A DNA stretch of 59,426 nt, the filler included, from Dugesia japonica (lineage: Eukaryota), in assembly GCA_001938525.1 (NCBI GenBank). It is 4 parts of 4 records of this genome, joined end to end, with 100 filler letters (N's around TTAATTAATTAA, not from the genome) between each part and the next. Parts side by side here need not be neighbours in the genome. Positions count along the whole stretch, not along the records: positions 12,128 to 32,934 come from MQRL01608339.1; 3 more parts are not named here. One strand, written 5' to 3'. Under the pieces are notes generated by a model, which did no database searches, was not told the origin of the DNA, and was given only the letters and a program-made list of their open reading frames with translations. Of this stretch, positions 12,128-23,209 are shown piece after piece; position 1 is the first letter of the stretch, and every line of letters begins with the position of its first letter. Position numbers and translations under genes: made by a program.

Positions 12128-12996
12128 CTAGAAGGTTTCATTTGTTTATTTCTTTTAAAATCTAGATTGTAGAAATATTTATCTATAATAGAAAATTCTG
12201 TGTGAGCAGAAAATATTTTATAAACACTCTTATTAAAATTAAAAGGCAAATAATTATCAATGAAATATTTTATATTTTTATCTTCAAGTGTTTCTTTATA
12301 ATTTTCATATAAATCATTAATTCTTTTAAGATGTAATTTATGAAGTTTAGGTNNNNNNNNNNNNNNNNNNNNNNNNNNNNNNNNNNNNNNNNNNNNNNNN
12401 NNNNNNNNNNNNNNNNNNNNNNNNNNNNNNNNNNNNNNNNNNNNNNNNNNNNNNNNNNNNNNNNNNNNNNNNNNNNNNNNNNNNNNNNNNNNNNNNNNNN
12501 NNNNNNNNNNNNNNNNNNNNNNNNNNNNNNNNNNNNNNNNNNNNNNNNNNNNNNNNNNNNNAATTAAATCACTTCTTTTAAATGGAAACACTTCTAATCT
12601 TAATCTTTCAATTTCATTAAAGATATTAATATATTTTGTTTGTGAACATTTATTTGTTAGATTTTTAATTTTATCATTTATAGCTTTATTTTTAAAATTT
12701 TTAGCTTTATATTCTAAATAAACTTTATTAATTTCAGTCTGATCAACTTTTAATATTTTAGAGAATATTAATTCATGTTTTTGTATTTTATCTTCAAGAG
12801 ACTTTATATAATTTAAATTAACTGCATCAAGTAATTCTATAGGATCTTCTATGATTTTNNAACATTGAATCATATCACCTGTTTCATTCACAAATTTATT
12901 TTCATTTGTTGCATCTAAAGTTCTAATTTTAGCATCAACAGTTTTTAATATTAAACTTGAATCTGTATTATTAGGAGTAGCACCAAACTTATTCAT
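12128..12996 (-). CDS. Putative fibre/stalk-like virion protein (3' truncated)
   Basis: IIEDPIELLDAVNLNYI matches the P....DA.N..Y stalk motif of phage/Polinton fibre-type proteins and is followed by a coiled coil. Its ATG overlaps the adenain stop (ATGA). Homolog at 27050-27440. Confidence 0.5.
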
Positions 12997-13415
12997 CCTC
13001 TATTTTCTATATCTAATTTATCATATAAATCTTTCATTTCAGATATTATCATGTCAAAATCAGTATTTTTGTGCACTTTGTATAAAAAATAAATACAAAG
13101 GATTCCACATATTTTAGTTTCAAAATGTTGCACTTGAATTTTATTATATTTCTTGACTCTAACGAGTCCTTTTACAGGTTTTAAACCAAAAGAATCAAAG
13201 TAGACTCCATTCTTATAGGCTGTCCAATGTGTTCCATTTTGATTTGAATTATTATAGTTGAAAATGTAACAAGTAGATGTTAAATGTTTGGGGATCTCAT
13301 TTTTCATATAAATCTCAAGGGGTAGATCTAAAAAGTTAGCAATTGAATATAAATCAAAATTTGTTGTTGTGTTGATTCCAAATGTTTTTAAAAAATCTAA
13401 TAAGTTATAAGTGAT
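12993..13415 (-). CDS. Adenain-like (C5) cysteine maturation protease
   Basis: GTHW, YFDSFG, Q and CG motifs give a full His-Asp-Gln-Cys set. The frame extends to 13415 (ATC where copy 2 has ATG: TYNLLDFLKTFGINT vs MSYGILDFLKTFGINT). Confidence 0.9.
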   Translation of the reverse strand: MTYNLLDFLKTFGINTTTNFDLYSIANFLDLPLEIYMKNEIPKHLTSTCYIFNYNNSNQNGTHWTAYKNGVYFDSFGLKPVKGLVRVKKYNKIQVQHFETKICGILCIYFLYKVHKNTDFDMIISEMKDLYDKLDIENRG

Positions 13416-13451
13416 TTTTAAATATTAAATTTCTGCACTACATTTTATTTA

Positions 13452-14096
13452 TTATAATCGATACTTTCGTAAGTGAGCTAAAATTGTAATTGTTTCATTG
13501 TTAAAATCTATAGTGTTAAAATTTTCATCTATGATATTAAATTTAAAACCGTCAATGTAATCTGTATTAATTTTAGAATAAATAGCCGGAGATGGTCTTT
13601 CAACTATTTTATATCCAAATGGCACGGTGTTTATTGGAAATGAATATAAAAGATTAATATTTCTTGTGTCCTTGTTGTTGGTGACATAATTACCTTTTAC
13701 AATATTGCATGTTATATTTATCGCGTTAATATTTATAATGTTAATTTTTTCATCTGAATAATATTTTCCAGGTTTAAATCCGAGTATTGTGTGAAAAAAT
13801 GATTTGTTATCAAATGAAAGTGTGGTTTTCACTTTGAGGTTACATTTTGATGTTGCTGTGTCTGGTTAAATTTCTAGATATTTTTCTAAACGTGTTGACA
13901 TTTCTTTTACTTCATAAGATCCAGGTTCTAGCTTCGTATCATTGAATTTATTATTTAAAGTGGTGATATTAAAAATAATATTGTAACATGAAAAATATAA
14001 CAATCCAAGTTCATATTCTGAATCCAATTTTATAGGATAATCTAAATTTATTTTTAGATTATCTTCAGTTCCAACTATTAAAAATTGATGTGACAT
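13452..14096 (-). pseudogene. Penton / minor capsid protein (single jelly roll), one in-frame TAA at 13866-13868
   Basis: Motifs PIKLDSEYELGL, LEPGSYE, LGF, ITCNIV, LLYSF, GYKIVERP and IIDEN..IDF...ILAHLR. The two track ORFs are in the same frame (YLEI*PDTATSKC). Confidence 0.85.
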
Positions 14097-14145
14097 TATT
14101 GTGCACTTTCTTCCTTTATGGTTTTTTGTTTGGCTTCGCTATTTA

Positions 14146-15085
14146 TTATTTAAAATATTTAAATTTATATTTTTTATATATCTTGTTAGATAATAAACCT
14201 TGAGATTTTAAATTTTTACATGTAGATTTAATTTCAGAAGATAAATTGTTATGTCCAGATTTTACAGCTGAAATTAATAATGTTAACTTTTCAAATAATG
14301 CAATTGGATTCTTGGGTTTATGGGTTGAGATTCCACGTGCTTTTTTAATTTTTAACTTTGTGGTTGGTGGTTCTAAACTTCTTGGTTTTCTGGTTTTTGG
14401 TGGGTTTATTATTGCTTGTAAAAATCTAATATAATCATTATTAGTTGATCTATTTTTTACTATTTCATTTAAATATAGTATAATAGAATTTTTCATTTCT
14501 TCAGAATTATCATTTTTTATTTTTTCTTTATTTCCACAAATTATATCTATAATTTTATCTGAATATTCACGAATTTTACCATTGACTGAAAAATGTGGTT
14601 TATTATTAATGTTAAAGAAAAATATCATCACATTACTTTCTGGATATAATAATCTTAAAAATTTCTTATTAGTTTCGAATTCTGCATTAGTAATTAAAGG
14701 TTTTATTTTTCCTTTTATTAAATTAGTATTAATTTCCATTTCTGGGAAAAATATTGTTGTATTTTCTTCTGATAATAATTCGGCAAGTGCACCATCTTTC
14801 AAAGTTAGTTCTAATTTATATTTATTTTTATTATAAGTTTTATATTTTATATCATCCTGGTTTTTGTTGCCCTCGTCTTCCTTTATGGGTTTGCCCTCGT
14901 GTTGCCCTTGTGTTGCCCTTGTGGTTGTCTTCCGTTATAGCTTCAATTGCAGAGATGGTTGGTTGTTGTAAAATTGATAAGTTGTTTTGTAAATTTTGAT
15001 AATCAAGAACTTTAGCGGAAAAAAAGTTATTATAATTTTCTTGTGCTTTAATTAATGCTTTTAATTCTTTAATTCTTTCCTCCAT
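14146..15085 (-). pseudogene. Conserved Maverick-type protein (coiled-coil N-terminus, P..L.E.L.LL.S...G.N...EI C-terminus), frameshifted in an 11-bp tandem repeat
   Basis: C-terminal NPIALFEKLTLLISAVKSGHNNLSSEIK, homologous to ~29040-29120. The frame of the 218-aa ORF stays open upstream into the CACAAGGGCAA repeat in the 77-aa ORF. Confidence 0.65.
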
Positions 15086-15143
15086 TTTATATAGATTTTT
15101 TTTCGCCCTTGTGGTTTTTTATGCACTTCGTTTGTTGCTGCGC

Positions 15144-15845
15144 TTAATATTCATCTTCGTCTTCATCTTCAGTTTCAGTTTCAGTTTCATCAGTTTCAGT
15201 TTCAGTTTCAGTTTCAGTTTCAGTTTCATCTTCAATTTCACCACCTTGTTTCGTGTTATATGGATTTAAATATATTCCCTGGCCTTTGTGTATTATTTTA
15301 AGTCCCTTTTTAAACTTTTTTGTTAAACCTTTAAATTTAGGATCAATATTTTTTAAATATTTATGTATTGCTGTGCCTTGATATGGATTTAAATAAATTC
15401 CAGATCCAGTATTTAATGTTTGTGCACTTTGTTTGTTGCCCCCTTCTGCCTTTATGGCCTCGTGGTTTTTGGCTTCGCTTGTTTGTGTTGTTGTTGGATT
15501 TAATTGTTCATTTAATTGCGCACTTCGTTTGGCTTCGCTTTCTTTCTGTAAATCAAGTAATTCACCTTGTTTTGTTTTATTAATAGCTTCTCTAGAATTT
15601 GTAACTGTACTTGCAATTTTAGATGCAACAGTAGCACCTCCTGCTAGCGCAGCTATTATTGCTGGTATTGCAGCTAAAAATGCAAATCCGCCTTCTTTTG
15701 AATTTGATTTGCGAGATTTGAGTTCATCTTTAACTTTTTTAGAANTATAATAATTTTTACCATTTATCTTTACAGATTTACATTTTTTAGAATTTACAAT
15801 TTTAATTAATTCTTCTTCACTCAGATTACTCTCATCATTCGTCAT
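15144..15845 (-). CDS. Adenovirus pX-like core / membrane-active precursor protein
   Basis: KEGG|FAFLAAIPAIIAALAGGATVA resembles adenoviral pX (GGFLPALIPIIAAAIG). Two GxGIYLNPY repeats and an acidic (ET)n tail. Confidence 0.7.
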   Translation of the reverse strand: MTNDESNLSEEELIKIVNSKKCKSVKINGKNYYXSKKVKDELKSRKSNSKEGGFAFLAAIPAIIAALAGGATVASKIASTVTNSREAINKTKQGELLDLQKESEAKRSAQLNEQLNPTTTQTSEAKNHEAIKAEGGNKQSAQTLNTGSGIYLNPYQGTAIHKYLKNIDPKFKGLTKKFKKGLKIIHKGQGIYLNPYNTKQGGEIEDETETETETETETDETETETEDEDEDEY

Positions 15846-15866
15846 TTTCTATATTTACAATTTAAA

Positions 15867-18800
15867 CTAACGAGGGAAACAAGTGCATATTAGGGTGTTA
15901 TTTATTTTATCTAATCTTAAATGCCAAGTGTTACACAAAGAACAGAGATATTGATTTCCATGTGGCCATGTTCTAGTTGCATTGTCTTCTATGATTCTTT
16001 TATCATCATATGCCATTAATGCTATTTTCTTTTGAGAAACTAATTTTATTTCATGTTTATCAGATTTTAATGAATAATTTGTTCCATAAAATACTTTATT
16101 TTTATCTTTTAATACTTCATCAAAATCAGACATTAATAATTTATTATTTTTCTTAAGACCTTTATTTCTAGAATCGAAAGCAATATCTCCTGTGCGGATC
16201 GCTGTATAAGAATAACTATAACTTTTTGCTTTTATAAAATTACCTTGAATTATTTCACAATCAGGTTTTTCATCTTTCATTTGAAATAAATTATCTCCAA
16301 GTAAACTTTCTAATTTAATAAGATTATCTCTGTGTTTTATTTCTATAAAGACACAATCAGTATTGAATAATGAATTTTATAGTTATCTTGACCTATCAAC
16401 GGTTGCATTTGATTGTATACAAAATCATACATAACTTCTTTTGCGTGTTCGAGGATTGTGAATCCTATATATGGAAATTTATCATATTTTAATTTAGCTT
16501 TTATCATATTAATTGCCGCAACATGAGCTTCATTTGTATCATTTAAACAGAAGATTTTAGATGATTTAAAAGTTGGTTTTCTTATAAATTTTCGATAATC
16601 TTTGTCGTTGTCAACTATTTCTATATTACATCGATTTCTAATATTCTCTAGAGTTTTTCCATAGAAAGCATTTAACATTAATTTATAAATGTAATCTCCG
16701 AATACATCTATGTTTCTTTTGGCTTCTTTTCTTAGGGTTATTAATCTATGAACATGTTCTTTAAACCATGGAGATGTTTTCATTTGAATTTTCTTGTGAA
16801 TTTTTATTAGTTTCATTCCATGTTTTAAATATAGATCTAAAGTTGAACCTAGAACTGTATAATTCTTTTTATCGAATTGATTTAATGTAAGTTTAATGTT
16901 ATCTTTTGATATTTTCTTGTTAAAACTTAATTGGTAGTTGCTTAACATCTCTTGCGTGATATTTAATCTTTCAGGTGCTAATGGGAAATATTTAGTTTTA
17001 TCATGGATCTCAGGTGGATAATCTAGATCAACTTCATATATAAAATTCATTTTATCTGTTGCTGGTTCATAATCCAATTCCGAGCACTCAAGGAATTCAC
17101 CTGTTGGAAGTGGTCTTGTCATGTACGATGCATAAAGTGAATTTTCATCAATATATTTTATAAATGTTTCTTGGTTCCAATCTACTGGTGGAGTTTTATT
17201 TTTAATCAATGAAAATATTATATCTCCAACTTGAGCTTTATTTAATCGTCTGTTATTTGATATTTTATTATTTGAAAAGACTTGACGTTCACCTAGGACA
17301 CCTGAATAGCCGCCACGGATTCCAGATTCTATTGTCAAGAAAATATCATAAGTTTCAGGTTTTGCATATTTTAAATAAACATTTGCATTTAACATTCCAG
17401 TTTCCCATGAATATCCTGGTGCAGAATAAGAATAACATGGATCTAATCTAAGAATATTATTTAAACATGAGGTTCTAAAGTTTTCTAAGAAATCAGTAAG
17501 AATTAAAACATCTAATTTCATATAATGTAACATGTATTCCCATAGGTTATTATAATCTAAATAATCTATTAAAAATTTATCATAATCTTNNNNNNNNNNN
17601 NNNNNNNNNNNNNNNNNNNNNNNNNNNNNNNNNNNNNNNNNNNNNNNNNNNNNNNNNNNNNNNNNNNNNNNNNNNNNNNNNNNNNNNNNNNNNNNNNNNN
17701 NNNNNNNNNATATGGAAATATTGCTTTTTTAGGTTTTAAATTAAAAGATTTTAATATTGGATAATTATTGGAAGATGTTAATAAATTACCCATTACTTCT
17801 ATTGTTGTAAATGGAAGTAATCTAGCTGAATCTAAGAATCTAATATCTTCATATTGAAATGAAATATAATTATCAGAAGAATGTGGNNNNNNNNNNNNNN
17901 NNNNNNNNNNAAATTTTGTTATTAATTCTCTGAAAAATAAATGGTTATCATAGCCGGATGCGTTATGAAAATAAAATGGTATAAATAAATTCTTGACACT
18001 TTGATCATTTAAATTACATTTGTTACATGAATATCCTCGGGGTTCTCCTGTGAAATGGTTATGATCTAAAACTGGTTCTTTTGTGATTTTTTTGTTACAA
18101 TAATAACAATTTTGATTTTCGAATGCTGGATATGTTCCTGTGTATTTTTCTATTAATTTATTTTCTTTTATATCTTGTAATTTATTATTAGTTTCTTCTA
18201 AAAAGTTAAAGAAATCTGTATAAATATTTTCGCCTGAAAATTCATAATATTTTGATTCTAAGAGATCTTGGTGTTCACTGTGAAGATAAATTCCTAAAGA
18301 TATTGCTTTTTGTTTTTTAGTGTTAATATCTGTGTATGCTTCAAAATCNNNNNNNNNNNNNNNNNNNNNNNNNNNNNNNNNNNNNNNNNNNNNNNNNNNN
18401 NNNNNNNNNNNNNNNNNNNNNNNNNNNNNNNNNNNNNNNNNNNNNNNNNNNNNNTCTTGATGTTTAATTAATATTTCTTCAGATGAGTAAGAATTCATAC
18501 ATCGTATGCATGGAAAAATTTTATTTCCATTATTGGAAAAGAATACACCTAGGTCTCGACATAGAATATAATGATTTTTATATATCAAGAGATTACATTT
18601 ATTTTCTTCTGTTTTAGGTTTTGATATGTGATGTGAAATATGTAAAGGCTCGAGTTTTTTGTTAACATTTACACCGAAAACATTTATTTGAAGATTATTT
18701 AATTTCTCAAATTTAGGAATATCAATTATTTTCATTGGTAATATTTCATCACATTTTAATTCTGATAAATGTGGAATGTAATTATTTACACGTGTTGGAT

Positions 18801-19668
18801 TATCAAGTGGATATCTATGAGCTAGGATTGAATATAAGAAGCATTTGTCATCTGTGTTTTCTATATTTATTACACCTGGTTTTGAAAATGGTAATTTAAT
18901 AAAAGTTAATCCATTTTTCGAATTATATTTATAAAGTTCTAATGTATAATTTAAAATATGTAAAAATGTCCAACCTGATCCTTCACGATCTTCATCTTCA
19001 ATATATCTTTCTAATTCTTGAAATGATTCATGTACAACATTATTAATATCCTTTAAAACTGTTATTGTATTATTTTTAGAATAAGAATAAAGTTCCCGCT
19101 CAGAATATTCATTATTAATTTCTTTTAAATATTTGCCAATTACTACAATTCCATAAATAACTACTTCATTTGTACATTTAAAATATTTAGTAATAATTTC
19201 TTTCACATCATTTTTAAATGCATTAATATTTCTAATGGGAAATGAATATAATTTTTCCACATCATATTTCATTACTACTCTAGTTTTACTAAAATATTCA
19301 ATATCATAATCAGTATATGGTTTTAAAATATCTCTAATTTCTTCATCTTTTTTAATAGCTTCTGCGTGAGCTTTTTTTTCATTTTCTTTTTTAATTATCA
19401 TTTTTTTATGACTTGGAGAATTATAACGTGTTCTTGCATGATTTTGTTTTTTAAAAGTTTTATTGCATATTTCACAGAATAATGGGACAATTTCATTTCC
19501 ACATTTTGTTGCATTTAAATGTGATTGTAAATCATTTTCAGTTTTAAATGTTCTGTTACATTTTTTACATTTAAATTTATCTGTTGGTTTATAACAAATT
19601 TTAGATCTAATATGTGCTTTTAAACCCGCTATATTTTTAAATGTTTTATTACAATTTTCGCACAGCAT
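15867..19668 (-). CDS. polB: Protein-primed family B DNA polymerase with three N-terminal zinc fingers, vOTU-like domain and EndoVII-type insertion; one frameshift at ~16368
   Basis: Motifs EGSGW, INIENTDDKCF...NHY, DFEAY, CYYC..DHNHFTGEPRGYSCNKCN, FHNASGYD, RFLDS, Y.KLDV, GIRGG, YIDENSLYA, KLMLNAFYGK, (frameshift) NTDC, MKDE, KSYS, DDKR. The break at 17569 is an N-gap frame artefact: the post-gap frame DYDKFLIDYLDYNNLWEYMLHY is continuous with ORF 16343-17533. Confidence 0.95.
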
Positions 19669-19768
19669 TTTTATAGAGTAAAAATTTAATCATAGATATT
19701 AAAAAAGAGGATATTTTTTTATTTAAGAGGATTTATTTTATATTTTAATTGCGCAATATAAAACTGAC

Positions 19769-19872
19769 AATTTATTATATAACAATTTTCATGCGATATT
19801 TTTCACGCGAAAATTTATTATATAACAATTTTCATGCGATATTTTTCACGCGAAAAATGTCACGTGACATTT
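19769..19872. repeat. Two perfect 43-bp tandem repeats followed by an 18-bp perfect palindrome
   Basis: AATTTATTATATAACAATTTTCATGCGATATTTTTCACGCGAA at 19769-19811 and 19812-19854, then AAATGTCACGTGACATTT at 19855-19872. Confidence 0.9.
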
Positions 19873-21750
19873 GGTACAGTAAGTATACCCCCTGAGTTTA
19901 AAAAGTATATTTCCTATTACTTATATATAATCAACTACCGTATGAGAAAATGATCTATTATAATACTAATAAATGCAATTTATCTTAATTCAATTTATTT
20001 TTACGTTTTTTGTATAATTGCGACTGTCCTATTTACTTTTTGTAATAATAATCAATTATATTTTACTGATAATAATAATTTCTGTTTTACTAATTATTAT
20101 TTTACCAAATAGTTATTTATTTATTCTTCAATTATACTTTTTAACTAATACTAATCATAATATATATGTAATTTTCGTATTTTCTCAATTTTAATATTTT
20201 TCCTATACATAGCTTTATTACAGATATTTTGAATTCTTCTATATAAGATATAGCGTACGATCTGTTAATATAGATAACTTTTTTTAATCTATAGATAATT
20301 ATATAAAACGTCCCTTTATCTTTTTTTTATTCAATGGAATTTTCTTTTATTTGGTTCCATTTTCGTTACAGTTATATTTGTTGCCGAATTATTTCTAATT
20401 TTTTATATCATTTTCCGTATTAATTTCGTTTAAATTTATTAATTAATTANTTTTATTATTTTGGTCTTTATTCTCTTCTTTAATTTAATTCAATTATTTT
20501 TCTTTTCTCATTGATATCAACTGACTCTTTCAATTTCATTTTTCGTTTAATTTTCCCGGGGCCTTTATTTTTTTAAATCGTCTTTAATTTATTTTGATTT
20601 AATTCTTTTGGTCAATTTATTCTTTTAATTTTTTAAAATTTATCTTAATGACTATTTTAAAATTTGTATTATTCTCGCAAAATATTTTTTTCACCTCTTT
20701 TTCGTTATTTTGCTTGTTCAAGATAATTTAATTCAATAGAAAGATAAATAAGTACTAAAAAATGAAAACTTTATAAAGTAGCAAAGAATCACGAAATAAA
20801 TAAATGAAACCTTGGTAGGTTTCATAGAAAGTACTCGAACAATAGGGCTAGATCATGCCACTCAATCTATAGAAACGAATATTTAGGTCGCTTCGACAAC
20901 AATAAATTCTAATTAATTAGAAGTGTATAATAATAAAGTGTTACTATGATATATGATTTCATTCTGATTCAAATACACTCAAACAGTTAAAAGATTTATC
21001 CATTTTCCTGTTAAATTTCTAAAAATTGTTAACGAAAATTAACAGTGACATTTAATAAGATAAATCATTAGTCTTAAATATAATCATTAGATTTTTACGC
21101 GCAAGTTATTATATTTAGTGACATTCTTAAACTACTTATTAATAATTTAAAAGATAACGAATTCAAAATCAAGTGCAATGTAAGTCGAACTGGTTTTTAT
21201 ACTGATACTATTGATAAAATATAGGTAATGTTTATATTGGATACCACATTTTAAATTAATTTTGTCATTTCAATAATATGTTAAACGTTTTAAAATTATT
21301 TTACAATTTTATTAAAAGTTAAATTAAAATATAATTAATTATAATAAAAAATTATAGCTACAAAAAATATTGACTTATTTTAATTTTTTTAATGATTTTT
21401 ATTTAAATTTACATTAAATTATAATTAATGTCATATTTATTATAATTATAATATTAAAGTATTTAGTTGTATTGTTACCCACTTTTCATTGAAAAATTAA
21501 ATTAATACTAATATTAAATAATTGTAACAAATTAAAATTATTTAATTACATAGCTAGAAATATAAAATGAAATACTTTTAATAATTGGTGATTAAAACTG
21601 TAGTAAATAACAATAATTTATGTTATAAATATATTAAATTATTTATACAATATAACATTAAAACTTTAGCTTCTCATATTCTTATTCTATATAAATTTTG
21701 TGTGTTACGCGGTATTTTTAAAAATTTGACCTTGTTACATTAACAAAAAT

Positions 21751-22727
21751 ATGAGTGATGTTATTACTGTTCCTATTATTTATGGATTGGAGTTTCAAGT
21801 TAGATTAACTATATGAAAACAGTACTTAAATCTTATGTAGTCTCGGAGTTTGATAGGTCTATATAGCGAAAAAGATGAAATTCGATTTGCCGCTGGAACT
21901 CAGTCTATTAAGTCCATGAACCAGCTCCATTTGATTACATATAATGATGAAATTCATGCAATAACAGCAAATATTTTTAATCATTCTGATGGTGAAATAT
22001 GGGGACTAACTGCAATGGCTTCAAATCCAGAGATTTTAATCACAACATTTTCATCACGTTAATATTTCATACACTTAATTTTAATTAATTTTAGTTTTTA
22101 GTGCACAATAATTATTCCGAAATAAAAATGTTAGCAAATCTTTGGAAATTGCCATTAACTGACAATACTCATTTAAATGCTAATTTAGAATTTTTAACTC
22201 AGCTTCCAACTGTTGAAATTGGCGATGTAAAACAGTAAAAATGATAATGCTGGATTTTTAATTATGAAATTTTATTTAGAATTATAAGTTGTCCAAATGA
22301 GGAAACAAAAAATCTCATTGCATTAGTTGATGGGAATTTCGTTTTAATGGGATGTAAAGGATCAGAATTTAGTATTATTTCTAAAGGTCGCTTAGATAGT
22401 CGTGGGCACTGCAAATTTAATGTTGGTAGTTGGAGTCCACATCATGGTACTAAGCAAGTAGTTACTGCTTCTGAAACAAATATATATGGTTGGGATATAA
22501 ATTCAATGAAGTATGAGTTTTTAGCAAATAAGTTAGAAGATTTTAAATTTCTTAGAATGTCGTACAATATTGAAAATTCTCATTCCCATATGGTACGAGA
22601 TATAGATTATAATCCGAATCGCCAATATTGTATCATTTCTAGTGGTGATGATTGCTTTATAAAAATTTGGGATCTAAGAAACACAAAACCAGGACCAGTT
22701 AAAGAAATAGATGAGCATACTCATTGG
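21751..22727 (+). CDS. EIPR1: EIPR1/TSSC1 WD40 protein, exons 21751-21798, 21841-22057, 22102-22234, 22280-22510, 22556-22727; 3' part not found
   Basis: Spliced translation PIIYGLEFQ|SRSL...IRFAAGTQS...GEIW...WSPHH...VRDIDYNPNRQY..SSGDDC.IKIWDLRN...EHTHW matches metazoan EIPR1. GT-AG introns are 42, 44, 45 and 45 nt. Confidence 0.93.
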
Positions 22728-23209
22728 GTAATATAATTATATGGTATAATTTAACGTGCTATTTTTGTAGCGTTTTAAAATACTCTAATAAATCATAAAA
22801 TTACCATTTGAGTCATATAAATTTTACTCTTGAACAAAATAAATGTCATTTTTTGAAATAAATATTCGGTGTTACACCTTTATGCTCGATAAACAAAACA
22901 ATATATTGAGTCATCAGCTTTAAGTTTAATCTAAAATATTAAAGAATTAAAAAATATTAAACTGCCCAGATCTGCTAGAATTCTTACATAATTCTGATGA
23001 TATTACACTAAATCGGTTGAAATAGAATTTAGTTGAAATAAAATTGTAAAAGTTGCGAAAAGAAAATAAAAATATAAATTTAAAATTCCAAAAGCTCAAA
23101 ATAAATTAAAACATCAAATTGCAAAATTTAAGTGTATATCATACTGTATTAGATCACTAAGTTTTCATAAGGAGAACATGTGTATTAACCCTATAATGAT
23201 ATTCGTATT

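Larger units (their letters stand above)
12128..19872 (-). mobile_element. Polinton/Maverick (adintovirus-like) endogenous viral element, copy 1, truncated by the scaffold edge
   Basis: Tightly packed, intronless, same-strand genes for pPolB, pX-like protein, penton, adenain protease and a fibre-like protein. Confidence 0.92.

Noticed and set aside
13866-13868. Programmed stop read-through in the penton (both copies have a TAA in this region)
   Set aside because: Alignment (LEI*PD vs GI*IFPD) puts the stops at different codons, and copy 2 has other lesions, so independent decay is the simpler explanation.
17533-17710. Split (two-gene) polymerase
   Set aside because: The frame change coincides with an N gap of estimated length; the sequence after the gap is in frame with the downstream ORF.
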